Below, in pieces: positions 14,995 to 27,789 of a DNA stretch of 64,000 nt. Made by a program: the position numbers and the translations under genes. This DNA comes from Eledone cirrhosa (Eukaryota): the NCBI GenBank assembly GCA_964016885.1, contig OZ024762.1, positions 18,476,001-18,540,000 of the forward strand. Direction: 5' to 3'. The number at the start of each line of letters is the position of its first letter. The first letter of the stretch is position 1. The notes under the pieces were generated by a model. That model did no database searches. It was not told where the DNA came from and saw nothing but the letters and a program-made list of their open reading frames with translations.

Positions 14995-15335
14995 ATGGTG
15001 AATGATGGGGTCCATAAGTTTGAGGACAGCCGCATAGAGCACGAGAAGATCAAAAGGGATGTGCGTAAGCAATGCCCTGGTGTATCTCTCGAAACGATCG
15101 GTGTCACCATTGAATTGAAGTGCCCTGAGTGTGGAAAAATTTGCTTGAGCAAATCTGGTCTCAGGAGCCACAGTCGCAGCCATGTTCAAAAAGAACCAGC
15201 GAAGTATGATCTCCACGGTATTGTGAGGGTTCACGGGCAACCTGATGCAAGACGTGCGGCCAGGAAGATCCATAGTTGTCGTCAATGTGTGAAGGAGTGC
15301 AAGTCTCTAGCAGGCTTCATAAAAGATCGTTTTCG
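14995..15335 (+). mobile_element. LINE (RTE-like) C-terminal fragment with C2H2 zinc finger
   Basis: CPECGKICLSKSGLRSHSRSH plus a second degenerate finger (CRQCVKECKSLAG). Similar fingers occur at 44860-45010 (-) and 49820-50060. Confidence 0.6.
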
Positions 15336-15402
15336 AACGCGAAAACAGACAAATGTAGGTGAAGAAAGAATTATTACAGCTCAAAAGATGGCGCATTATT
15401 AT

Positions 15403-15782
15403 ATTGGCAGAATTGGTAGAGGGTTGGACATGCTTTCCAGCATAGTTACGTCCCTTTACGGTTTGAGTTCAAATCCCGCTGAGGTTAACTTTGCCTTTCA
15501 TCCTTACGGGGTCGATAAAATAAAGTACCAGTAATGTACTGGGTAATTGCTGGCCTTGTGCCTAAAGTAGAAACAATTATTATATATATATATATATATA
15601 TATGGATTGGCAGCATCGGTAGAGGGTCGGACGCCATTCTTTGAAGCACAGTTACATCCCTTTACGGACTGAGTTCAAATCCGGTTAACTTTGCCTTTCA
15701 CCCTTACGGGGTCGATAAAATAAAGTACCAGTAATGCACTGATTAATTGGTGGCTTTGTGCCAAAAGTAGAAACAATTATTA
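15403..15782 (+). mobile_element. Two tandem SINE copies
   Basis: Dominant SINE consensus twice, separated by (TA)n. Confidence 0.85.
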
Positions 15783-15795
15783 TATATATATAAAA

Positions 15796-15839
<44 letters not shown>

Positions 15840-17341
15840 ATGCACCATATTTATATATGTGTGTATGTATGTGTGTATGTGTGCGTTTGTGATGGTGTGT
15901 TTGTGTGTGTGTGTGTATATAACCTATTTATGTGTGGACAGGTATATATTAAAATAAATGACGTCAATCTGTACCAGATTTTATGCCAGTTCATATTGGC
16001 TCCGAATTAATATATATTTATTTGTTTTATCAGCAGAACAGCAGAATAGCAGAACAGCAGTACACCAGAATACCCTTATACCATCTGTCACACATAACCC
16101 ATAGACCGTTGCTGAAAAATAGAGTGATCCTTTAAAAACAAACACACACATACACACTCTCTCTCTCTCCCACACACACATACACACATACTCTCTCTCT
16201 CTCTCCCACACACACATACACACATACTCTCTCTCTCTCTCCCACACACACACATACACACATACGCTCTCTCTCTCTCCCACACACACATACACACATA
16301 CACACACTCTCTCTCTCCCACACACACATACACACACACACTCTCTCTCTCTCCCACACACACATACACACATACGCTCTCTCTCTCTCCCACACACACA
16401 TACACACATACACACACACTCTCTCTCTCCCACACACACATACACACATACACTCTCTCTCTCTCTCCCACACACACATACACACATACGCTCTCTCTCT
16501 CTCCCACACACACACGCTCTCTCTCTCTCCCACACACACATACACACATACGCTCTCTCTCTCTCCCACACACACATACACACACACACATACACACTCT
16601 CTCTCTCTCTCACACACACACATACACACATGCACTCAAAGGCACAAAGAAAAAACTGTGATGTACAGAAATATAGTTTATTTCTTGGCAAATGTTCTGG
16701 TGTCGGGGTTGGAGAAGGTTTTGTCAAATGAACTCGTTTGTTACGTAAAAGTTGTATAAAAGGTTATATAAAATATATCCCAGGTGCACATGTGTTTATA
16801 TATATATATATATAAATTTAATACAATAACAGAGATAGCTTAAAGCTAAACTCTGACTGGTAACCATCTCACTCACAAACATTAGGTTATATGTTAGTAT
16901 AAACCCAATTTAAGTGTTTGGGGTGCTAACTATATGTATTATGTGGAAAGCCAGTTGTATTATTTTATGAGATATAATTAAAGTTAAAATATATCTCTCT
17001 TTCCAAACAATTGTTTCATTATAAGTCTTCTACAAAATAGGAGAATGTTTCCAGTTTATGTAGAAGCCTAACATATATTCATGTAAGAATATATTTAGGT
17101 GGGCGCTTATAAATCATCAGTGGAAGCCCATTAAACTTTGATATAAGAAAAAATTCTTACCGCAGTTAAAAATCGTGTCTGCTAAGCTGCTCTCTCACGC
17201 ATCGAATGACCGCCAAATTTGAAATTCCAGCAGTTTTTGACTGAGGAAGTATTATAGCGTCACGAAGCGGGAAGGGGAGACAACCAATACACGAGAAAAG
17301 AAAAAATAATATATAGATATATATAAATAATATATATATAT

Positions 17342-17418
<77 letters not shown>

Positions 17419-17541
17419 TTATTCCGGGTTGAATCGGAGGTAACCACAGTAAGTAAGGTACTCAATACATTGCAGAGTATAAAAGTTTTAATATAGATGA
17501 GATTCTACAGGACTAGAACTGTTTCATTCTTTAGAGATGAT

Positions 17542-17590
17542 GATTCCTGATGATTTCTAAAGAATGAAACAGTTCTAGTCCTGTAGAATC
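17542..17590 (+). ncRNA. Hammerhead ribozyme in fold-back element
   Basis: GATTC CTGATGA TTTCT-AA-AGAAT GAAA CAG-TTCTAGTC-CTG TA GAATC. Confidence 0.65.
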
Positions 17591-17674
17591 TCATCTATAT
17601 TAAAATATATATATATATATATAACAAAGGAATTGTGTTAAGGAACCAGATGGACCGTCGGGGTCATACTTTTT

Positions 17675-17737
<63 letters not shown>

Positions 17738-17947
17738 ACATGTGTACCTGGGATATATTTATATATAACCCTTCATACAATTTTTACGTAACAAACGAGT
17801 TCATTTGACAAAACCTTCTACTGGGTAATTGCTGGCCTTGAGCCAAAAAGTAGAAACAATTATATTATATTATATTGTGTGTGTGTGTGTGTATGTATAT
17901 ATATATATATGATATATATATATACATATATTATATTTATATATGTA

Positions 17948-17985
<38 letters not shown>

Positions 17986-18117
17986 TAAAATAACAGATTA
18001 AAGTTTAAGCAAAGAATCGCTGCTTTCACCCTCTTTGGATTTTAGTCTTCAAATTTATTATTATTACTATATATATATATATATATTGTATATACATATA
18101 TATATATTGTATGTATA

Positions 18118-18155
<38 letters not shown>

Positions 18156-18216
18156 ATGTCTTTATTGGCATTTCTGCAGAGATGTATAAGACAATGATAT
18201 CTATGACATACAAAAA

Positions 18217-18299
<83 letters not shown>

Positions 18300-18417
18300 C
18301 AATAACTCCACCCCCACCCTTACACCAATAAAAGTCAACTCTGTAAAGGTCAAACTATATAAAAGCTGAAGAGAAAGACAACTAAAGTAAGATGTAATAC
18401 ACTGGAACTTATGTTAC

Positions 18418-19380
18418 ATGGTGGTGGTGGTGGTGGTGTTGATGGTGGTGGTGGTGGTGATGGTGGTGGTGGTGGTGGTGGTGGTGGGGATGGTGGTGGT
18501 GGTGTTGATGGTGGTGGGAGTGTTGGTGGTGGTGATGTTGATGGTGGTGGTGGTGGTGTTGATGGTGGTGGTGGTGGTGTTGATGGTGGTGGTGGTGGTG
18601 ATGGTGGTGGTGGTGGTGGTGGTGTTGATGGTGGTGGTGGTGGTGTTGATGGTGGTGGTGGTGGTGGTGTTGGTGGTAGTGGTGTTGGTGGTGGTGGTGT
18701 TGATGGTGATGATGTTGGTGGTGGTGGTGGTGTTGATGGTGGTGGTGGTGGTGTTGGTGTTGATGGTGGTGGTGGTGGTGGTGTTGATGGTGGTGGTGGT
18801 GGTGGTGTTGGTGGTGGTGGTGTTGGTGGTGGTGGTGGTGGTGTTGGTGTTGATGGTGGTGGTGGTGGTGGTGTTGATGGTGGTGGTGGTGGTGGTGTTG
18901 GTGGTGGTGGTGTTGGTGGTGGTGGTGTTGGTGTTGATGGTGATGATGTTGGTGGTGGTGGTGGTGTTGATGGCGGTGGTGGTGGTGTTGGTGTTGATGT
19001 TGATGGTGGTGGTGTTGATGATGGTGGTATTGTTGATGGTGATGATGATGGTGGTGGTATTGATGGTGTTGATGATGATGATGATAGTGGTGGTGATGGT
19101 GATGTTGATGGTGATGATGGTGTTGGTGATGGTGATGTTGATGGTGATGATGATGTTGACGGTGGCGTTGTTGATGGTGTTAGTGATGGTGCTGCTGATG
19201 ATGATAGTGGTGGTGATGGAGGTGATGATGTTAATGGTGGTGAGGGTGAGGGTGTTGATTATGATGATGATGATGATGATGATGGTGTTGGTGATGATGA
19301 TGGTGGTGATGGTGTTGGTGATAGTGTTGGTGATGATAAAGTTAGTGATGATGATGTTAGTGATGTTGGTGATGGTGATG
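18418..19380. repeat. (GGT/GAT/GTT)n trinucleotide expansion
   Basis: Direct reading. Similar tracts at 7468-7800, 21608-21935, 47790-48540 and 61560-62590. Confidence 0.95.
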
Positions 19381-20178
19381 AATGTTTAATGACTCACACA
19401 TGTAATCTTTCTCTCTACCCCACCTTTCAACAAACACCCCCCCCCACACACACACATACACACACATATATATATATATATAGGAAGGACAGAGCCCATT
19501 ATTATCATTTTGAAGGTCTCTGAATCTGGTGTAAAAACGGGAGGAAGTTATTGTCAGACAGGAGATACCTCAAAGGCTTTGCAATGCTGTATGTATGGAC
19601 CTGTAACGCCTAAGGCAGTCGTAGGGCGCCATATTGACATTTTAAAACATGGCAGAACATGGCAGAACCCATCTCCTATCCAGGTCTGAGTACAGCAGAT
19701 TTCTCCCAGAGAAGGATAGAGAGTGAGAGAAATGAAGTGAGAAAGAGTTATAGAGGAAGAATCGATCCCAGTAATAGAGTGGTACTTTTTTATCGACCAT
19801 AAATGGATGAAAGGCAAAGTTGACCGTAGCAGGATTTGAACTCAGAGAGTAGAAAGTCAGAACGAATACTGCAAAGCATTCTATCTGATGTTCTAATGAC
19901 TCTTGCAACAGTGTAAAACCAGTTAAAGATACTGTTAGGTTAATTCTACCACATACAGAATGGGAATGTTCCATTCAACAATCCATTCACATGTTTTCAC
20001 TGTACCCAAATTCAGAAATGGACTGGCCATACAAACACATGGGTATCTGCACAGGATGTTATTTTAAAAAAATACCAAATATTCTTATGAGTATATATGT
20101 ATATGAATATATATATATATATATATATATTAAGAGAGTAAAACAAAGAATCCTTTAATACATCAAAAGTTTTTATTA

Positions 20179-20216
20179 GCCGACAATGTTTCGTCCTATT
20201 AAGGACTCATCAGGGC
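20179..20216 (-). ncRNA. Minimal type I hammerhead ribozyme (canonical core)
   Basis: The - strand reads GCC CTGATGA GTCCT-TAAT-AGGAC GAAA C-ATT-G TC GGC, followed by AATAAA. Confidence 0.8.
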
Positions 20217-20524
20217 AATCAAAACAACAAGAGGTAATTTCGGCAGATACAAGCCAGAAACTCTGAAGAATATGGAGTTTACATACACTAATGTCTTACA
20301 AGGATATACGATAATAAAAATGAAGATAAAAATAATAAAATTATAATAACTAAGGATGTAGATAACATTAAGAACCATATTACAAATATAGTCCAAAGTC
20401 ACCAACTTAAATCTAAACAAATTTGGTATATATATATATATATTTATTAAAATAACAGATTAAAGTTTAAGCAAAGAATCGCTGCTTTCACCCTTTGGAT
20501 TTTAGTCTTCAATTTTATTATTAT

Positions 20525-20569
<45 letters not shown>

Positions 20570-20647
20570 ATATTTGTGTGTGTATATATACATGTGTATA
20601 TATATGCACACACACACACACACATATATACATACATACATATATAC

Positions 20648-20678
<31 letters not shown>

Positions 20679-20867
20679 GGAACAAGTAAGACCCCGACGG
20701 CTGAGCTCAAGCCGTTTCGACGGCTAATTCTGGACAGAATTAGCCGTCGAAACGGCTTGAGCTCAGCCGTCGGGGTCTTACTTGTTCCTATTACCTACTC
20801 TACTACCCTAAGTATTGAGTACTTTGGTGCGTTATGGTCCACCTGGTTCCTTACCACATTTCCTTTG

Positions 20868-20916
<49 letters not shown>

Positions 20917-21064
20917 CATACTTATCTATATATATATACATATATATATAAACACAAATATATGTATATATATATGCATGTAATAATATCTACATTCTAT
21001 TTTCCTTAAATATAGTCGAATAATGACCTTATTAGTCTTAACTAGTAGAATCTCATCTATCTAT

Positions 21065-21100
<36 letters not shown>

Positions 21101-21214
21101 ATATATCTATCATTTGTGATAACATTTTACACGTTTTTATTGTATGTAAACTTCCCCCTTTGTATTTGTCCCCTTCTTTTGTGCCCCTGTGGCTAATAAA
21201 GAAACATATCTATA

Positions 21215-21256
<42 letters not shown>

Positions 21257-21882
21257 CAAAGACACATATATGTGTGTGTGTATTAACATTCACACACACA
21301 CACACACTAAGATACACACACCATATGATCTCATGAAAAAATAAAGGCCCACCCAAATTCTTGGTGCCATTTCCACAATGCATTGTTAAAAAGGTTAACA
21401 AGAAAGCTATACAAAGACGCATTTCCTTACTTTTTTACTCTGCCTTCTTTATTTTTTTGTTTGTTTTATTATTATTTCCATTGGGTTAGGGCGGTGGATT
21501 GGCAGAGTCGGTAGAGCGTTGGACTGAATAATTTTGTGTTATTTTGTTATGACTTTCTATATTCTGAGTTCAAATCCCGCTGAAGTCAACTTTACCTTTC
21601 ATTCTTTGATGGTGATGATGGGGATGGTGGTAGTGGTGGTGGTGATGATGATGGTGGTGGTGATGGTGGTGGTGGTGATGATGATGGTGGAGGTGGTGAT
21701 GATGGTGGTGATGATGATGATGATGATGATGATGATGGTGGTGGTGATGATGATGGTGGTGGTGATGGTGGTGGTGCTGACGATGATGATGATGGTGGTG
21801 ATGATGATGATGGTGGTGGTGGTGATGATGATAATGATGAAAATGGTGATGATGGTGGTGATGATGATAATGATGATGTTAG

Positions 21883-21913
<31 letters not shown>

Positions 21914-22094
21914 AATGGTGATGGTGGTGGTGATGTTTCTATGTTAGGCACAAGGCCAGCAATTACCCAGTACATTACTGGTACTTTATTTTATCGACCC
22001 TGTAAGGATGAAAGGCAAACATAATGTTTGCCTCTTTGGTCACATGATGCCACACAATGACACTAAAACCACAACTTTATGACTATCAAGCTGA

Positions 22095-22575
22095 ATAGGA
22101 GAGGCGGTGTTTCTGTGCGTAATAGCCATGGCGAAAGAGGTTGTATGGTGGACGCGTCTGAAAGGACTCAGGTCAGGCACCTTTCTCTCTGGCCAACAAC
22201 TGATCCGTTTCTTCCGATATCATTTCGGAAGAAGGATCAGGATGGAGAGAGAGATGCTCAATCCCAGTCGTTTTTATGAAAGGTGGGTGAAAGTGGCGAG
22301 AATGGCCCGTGTGAATGGGCCTTCTCTCTACATCAGCCTGTAGGTGGAAAAGAGGAAGGAACGAGGGAGCACCCTCTCTCTGTGCTCCTGAGGAGAAGGG
22401 GTTGCACACTTTTTTCGGGGGTGTGTGCGACCCCCCAAACGCCCCCTCCCTATTGAGGACTTTATTGTTAATTTTATATTTGTTATTTGTTTTCTCTACT
22501 CGCCTTTTTGTGTAAACTCCCCCTTGTATTTGTCCCCTTCTTTTGCGCCCTAGTGGCAATAAATAGAAATCTATC
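22095..22575 (+). mobile_element. 3' end of an L1/Tx1-like LINE (ORF2 C-terminus + 3' UTR + AATAAA)
   Basis: AKEVVWWTRLKG...FYERW-type C-terminus. The 3' tail TTGTATTTGTCCCCTTCTTTTG...AATAAA is repeated at about 21120-21205. Confidence 0.55.
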
Positions 22576-22643
22576 TTAATTACTCTGTTGTTTGTCACAG
22601 TTTGTTAATAACATAACATTGTTTGTCTCTTCTTTGGTGACAG

Positions 22644-22857
22644 GTTGACAGCCAACTTATCCGATGGCCGCCAAACTCGAGCATACGAGGAGATTTCTCA
22701 GACGATGGATGTCTTATTTCGAGATTACGATAAAAATATTGCTCCCCAAATACACTACTTGCAGCCAATAATGGTATCGCTGAAGGTAACCCTTGATCAT
22801 GTTTTCTCCTTTGATCCAGCCGAGCAATCACTGCATTCTCTGTTAACACTGGAAACG
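22644..22857 (+). CDS. AChBP-like / Cys-loop ligand-binding domain protein, exon 2
   Basis: Pyrimidine tract + CAG acceptor (22641-22643) and GTAAGT donor at 22858. Translates LTANLSDGRQTRAYEEISQTMDVLFRDYDKNIAPQIHYLQPIMVSLKVTLDHVFSFDPAEQSLHSLLTLET, which matches the nAChR alpha1 helix, the 'LFxxYDKxxxP' motif and beta1-beta2. Confidence 0.88.
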
Positions 22858-22902
22858 GTAAGTTGCCTGGACATGGCTAATCTAGCTATTGTCGTTGTTA
22901 AT

Positions 22903-24362
22903 GTTGTTTGATCCCAGATCAATTTGTTTGAGCACACTATTTTTTTTTTGAAGGCAAGCAAGGATCAGATGGTAGTGTTTATCTCATTGACTTATTAAGT
23001 TACGATTGCAGTAGGTTTTGCTGGGCAGCATATTTGGTTTATCCTTGTAACAGGTTTCACTAAAGGCTACCAAGGACTTGGTCTTAGTCTTAGTCTTAGA
23101 TTCTTCCGTTGTTGTTTGATCCCAGATCAATTTGTTTGAGCACACTATTTTTTTTTTGAAGGCAAGCAAGGATCAGATGGTTGTGTTTATCTCATTGACT
23201 TATTAAGTTTACGATTGCAGTAGGTTTTGCTGGGCAGCATATTTGGTTTATCCTTGTAACAGGTTTCACTAAAGGCTACCAAGGACTTGGTCTTAGTCTT
23301 AGTCTTAGATTCTTCCGTTGTTGTTTGATCCCAGATCAATTTGTTTGAGCACACTATTTTTTTTTTGAAGGCAAGCAAGGATCAGATGGTTGTGTTTATC
23401 TCATTGACTTATTAAGTTTACGATTGCAGTAGGTTTTGCTGGGCAGCATATTTGGTTTATCCTTGTAACAGGTTTCACTAAAGGCTACCAAGGACTTGGT
23501 CTTAGTCTTAGTCTTAGATTCTTCCGTTGTTGTTTGATCCCAGATCAATTTGTTTGAGCACACTATTTTTTTTTTGAAGGCAAGCAAGGATCAGATGGTT
23601 GTGTTTATCTCATTGACTTATTAAGTTTACGATTGCAGTAGGTTTTGCTGGGCAGCATATTTGGTTTATCCTTGTAACAGGTTTCACTAAAGGCTACCAA
23701 GGACTTGGTCTTAGTCTTAGTCTTAGATTCTTCCGTTGTTGTTTGATCCCAGATCAATTTGTTTGAGCACACTATTTTTTTTTTGAAGGCAAGCAAGGAT
23801 CAGATGGTTGTGTTTATCTCATTGACTTATTAAGTTTACGATTGCAGTAGGTTTTGCTGGGCAGCATATTTGGTTTATCCTTGTAACAGGTTTCACTAAA
23901 GGCTACCAAGGACTTGGTCTTAGTCTTAGTCTTAGATTCTTCCGTTGTTGTTTGATCCCAGATCAATTTGTTTGAGCACACTATTTTTTTTTTGAAGGCA
24001 AGCAAGGATCAGATGGTTGTGTTTATCTCATTGACTTATTAAGTTTACGATTGCAGTAGGTTTTGCTGGGCAGCATATTTGGTTTATCCTTGTAACAGGT
24101 TTCACTAAAGGCTACCAAGGACTTGGTCTTAGTCTTAGTCTTAGATTCTTCCGTTGTTGTTTGATCCCAGATCAATTTGTTTGAGCACACTATTTTTTTT
24201 TTGAAGGCAAGCAAGGATCAGATGGTTGTGTTTATCTCATTGACTTATTAAGTTTACGATTGCAGTAGGTTTTGCTGGGCAGCATATTTGGTTTATCCTT
24301 GTAACAGGTTTCACTAAAGGCTACCAAGGACTTGGTCTTAGTCTTAGTCTTAGATTCTTCCG
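22903..24362. repeat. 209-bp tandem array, ~7 nearly identical copies (intron 2 of the AChBP-like gene)
   Basis: Identical 63-aa reverse ORFs recur every 209 bp (23187, 23396, 23605, 23814, 24023). Confidence 0.95.
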
Positions 24363-25353
24363 CGTCATTCGGTGCATCGAGCAGTAAGTACTTGCCAACG
24401 GTCATGATCAGCGGAAACTTTTTCGAGACCGTGCCAGGTGATGTTGGCTGCCATCAAGTCCTTCCGGAACGTTCGTCACCAGGTGATCCTTGGTAGTGGT
24501 ATTAAACTGGGTTAGTGAATACGTCTGTAGCCCAAAATTTTAACAAAGATTATTATGATACCAGACAGAGGTGGTGAAAGGTGATCTCAGATCATTGAAA
24601 CTCAGAGGAGATGATAAAGGAACATGGCTAGTGGAGAGTTATGAGGCTGACTATGAACGAATGATGCTAGAGCTTTGAAATCTTGCAGACATTAGTTTCA
24701 ACTCTTCTTATCAATAACTGCATTGTTTTTTTTCCAGGGACTATGTTGAAAAATAAACCTCATTTGGTCATTCCAGGAGAGTATCTTGGTCAGGCTATGA
24801 ACCTTTCAGCTGACCCTCATACTATGCTGAAAGAGATCCGTCCAATGAATGCAAGTGTGGAAAAACGGATATAAAAATGATGATGATGATGGAAAGAGTA
24901 AATTAGCAGGGTTATTAGAATGTCAGATAGAATGCCTTTTGGTATTCACTCCAGCTCTTTGCACTCTCTGACTTCAAACTCCATTAAGGTCAACTTTTCC
25001 TTCCATCCTTTCGAAATCAATAAAAAAACTACCAGTTCAGTACTGAGGTTGTTTCTTCCTCTATATCTCCATTTTCACTTCCTCTTTCATCTTCTCTGGA
25101 AGAAAACGACTGTGTTCATTTTCATTCCAGGAGAGAGGATGGACTTTGCTCAGTTTCAAATGTTCTTGACATGTCATATATCACTATGATACCCCCAACG
25201 ATTCCATCAGAAGTTACAGGCTCATAGATACAATATAATAGTATCATACTTGACATAACTTTCATATATGATAGAACATATTGTAATAAAATACATGGTA
25301 GTATATATGATATTGTAAAATTTATCCAAAAATGTTTTCTGTATCTTTTACAG

Positions 25354-25454
25354 AACTGGTCTGATCGTCGACTTGCTTGGTATCCTACAAAACAGCGCAG
25401 CTTTCGTCTCCACAATATGTTAGTGTGGGAGCCAAGTTTCTACTTTACGAATAG
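25354..25454 (+). CDS. AChBP-like / Cys-loop LBD protein, exon 3
   Basis: TTTTACAG acceptor and AG|GTAAGT donor. In frame with exon 2: NWSDRRLAWYPTKQRSFRLHNMLVWEPSFYFTN(S), which carries the WxDxxLxW and WxP...NS Cys-loop motifs. Confidence 0.9.
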
Positions 25455-26452
25455 GTAAGTTTGGAAACTTGTTATTTATTCTATTTTATTTATTTATAGG
25501 TGAATTGAAGAGAGTGTAGGCTCTGCCAGGATTAAAATGCCCAAGACATGCTGTATGACACAACAGCACCCCTATGACTCACGTTGGGAGTTATGATGAG
25601 TCCTAACATACAGTATTTCCCAGCGCCAAAGGCTCTTCCTCCCCGAGGACGCACCCTAACTTTGACAACCAAAAATTTGAAAAAAAAATAATAAACAACC
25701 TTCGGCCTCCAGGACGCATGGTAGATTTTTGAGACTTATTTTAGGAAAAAAGTAGCGTCTTCGATGGTGGGTAACACAATACATACACAACTGGTGAATA
25801 ATAGCATCACTGGTTAGACGTGAAGGTGTCAAACCCTGGTATTTGGATATGTAATATACAGAAATGAAGGTAGCATGCTAAGGGAACTGACCTACGCTGT
25901 GGTGACAAGAGAGCAAATGTTGTTCAAATTCGTCAACTATGGCTCTACAATGGCATTTGTGTGGGGGGTGGGGGGTCAAGCCACAGAGATACTCCAATTT
26001 AGGTGTATTCCACATCAAGAAGGGTACTGGTTGAGGGTAGCAAATTAATTAAGCCACATGCTGCTGTAAAGCAAGGTGGTGTTGATCCAGGGAAGACTCA
26101 ATCGATGTAGATCAGGGCCGGATTTAATGGGGGGGGGGGGGCAATTGTCCCAGGCTCCCTGCAGTGGGAGACCCCACCAGTGATGGCGGCCATAGCAATT
26201 AAATTGTGCCCTGAGGTGGGTTTTTTTAGTTTCAGGATGGTTAGATTTTTTAAATTTAAGACCTGTATGTATAACTGTTCAATTCCAAAAAATTGCATCA
26301 AGCTAACTTTGATATGTAATTGAGGTTGAGGAGAGGGGGGTTTGCTGTGTATTCTAATTGGACGTTAAACGACGACAACGATGATGATGATGATTTTTCT
26401 CTTTCTTCATTATTTCTCTCTCTCTTTTTTCCCTTTCTCTGTCATACATCAG

Positions 26453-26759
26453 TATATCAGCTATGCAGCCCACCACTGAACGAGTTATCAGACTTGAATA
26501 TAATGGAAACTTAAACAGATACCAGAAAATATCTCTGAAAACATTCTGTCCGATTAAAAGATACCATAACCGTTTCTCCTGCCCATTGATGCTGAAAGCC
26601 TACCCTTTCCCAAGCACACAAGAACGGCTGAGAGTGACAGAGTTTGAAGTGAGTGAAAACTTCATGAACCACTTGTGGAATGTTGAGGTGAATACAAATG
26701 CCACTCGAATCTACAACCATGATCCTCTTCTACTTGTTATTGATCTCAACATGAAATAA
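26453..26759 (+). CDS. AChBP-like / Cys-loop LBD protein, terminal exon 4 (Cys loop, stop, no TM domain)
   Basis: Long pyrimidine tract + CAG (ends 26452), phase 2 consistent with exon 3. Translates ISAMQPTTERVIRLEYNGNLNRYQKISLKTFCPIKRYHNRFSCPLMLKAYPFP...LWNVEVNTNATRIYNHDPLLLVIDLNMK*. Total CDS is 687 nt = 228 aa + stop. Confidence 0.88.
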
Positions 26760-26760
26760 T

Positions 26761-26948
26761 TGTTTCTACTTTAGGCACAAGGCCAGCAATTATCCAGTAC
26801 ATTACTGGTTTATTTTATCGACCCCGTAAGGATGAAAGGCAAAGTCAACCTCGGCGGGATTTGAACTCAGATCGTAAAGGCACGTAACTATGCTGGAAAG
26901 CATGGCGTCCGACCCTCTACCGATACTGCCAATCCACCGCCCTAATCC
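26761..26948 (-). mobile_element. Full-length SINE with 18-bp TSD at the stop codon of the AChBP-like gene
   Basis: ATCTCAACATGAAATAAT at 26743-26760 and 26949-26966. Confidence 0.92.
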
Positions 26949-27789
26949 ATCTCAACATGAAATAATAAAAAAATATTTGTTGTTTATTGTCAGTGTTGTT
27001 GTTGTTCTTCTTCTTTGCCCACTTATTCGCTGGGAGGGTCTTGGGGACTGGTAGAGTCTTCAGGCATACTGTCCAGAGGGTCATATTAGAAGTAACTGTC
27101 TGTAAATGATCTGGCTGACCAACTGAGGTCGTAGATGTTATCTAGCCTTGCTCATAATCTACCTCTGGGTTTCTTGTCAGTTGGCTTTGCCCATAAAATC
27201 TATCTGTCCACTGTTTCTTTCCTTAGACATTCTTACCACATGTCCGTAATACCGGAGCTGTGATCTTTTGATACAGAGAGGTAGAGGCTCTACATGAAGT
27301 GACTCTCTCATCTCTAATGGCAGCTGCTCTCACATGGCTAATGAGAATTGTGACGTGATTACAGCTTAAAATCCTTATAATGAAACATTTATATAAACAT
27401 ATTGTCTATGCCTTCATATACATGCTGTGAAGTGGTTGGTGATAGGTAGGGCATCCAGCCATAAAAAGCTTGCCAAACAAAGAATCGGGAGGACCTTCAG
27501 CTGTGTCAAAGACATGACAACCGCTCATGTGTACTCAGTAGAACATGAGACCGTATATAAGCAGGATCCAGATCCCTGGCCTGCCTGGGAGATCAGTAGC
27601 CCCACTTTAGTACTGACTTGGTCTATGTAGACCCATCCAACCCTTAACCCTTGTTAGCAGGGAAAGGGTACGTTAAAGCGATGATGACGATGATGATATA
27701 CTTCTGATGTATATAATCTGGAGCATATTTAAGAATATCTTAATAGTTATTTAAACTGTATATGATGTACACAAGAGATGTAATGGGAT

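Noticed and set aside
14953-15534. C2H2 zinc-finger gene
   Set aside because: The ORF is a chimera of a MITE end, a LINE zinc-finger tail and a SINE, and similar fingers occur in other LINE tails here.
18411-19523. 370-aa Gly/Asp-rich ORF
   Set aside because: (GGT/GAT)n expansion, open in several frames and located inside an intron.
22903-24362. Possible CRISPR-like array or tandem small genes
   Set aside because: Units are identical along their whole length with no unique spacers, and the context is a eukaryotic intron.
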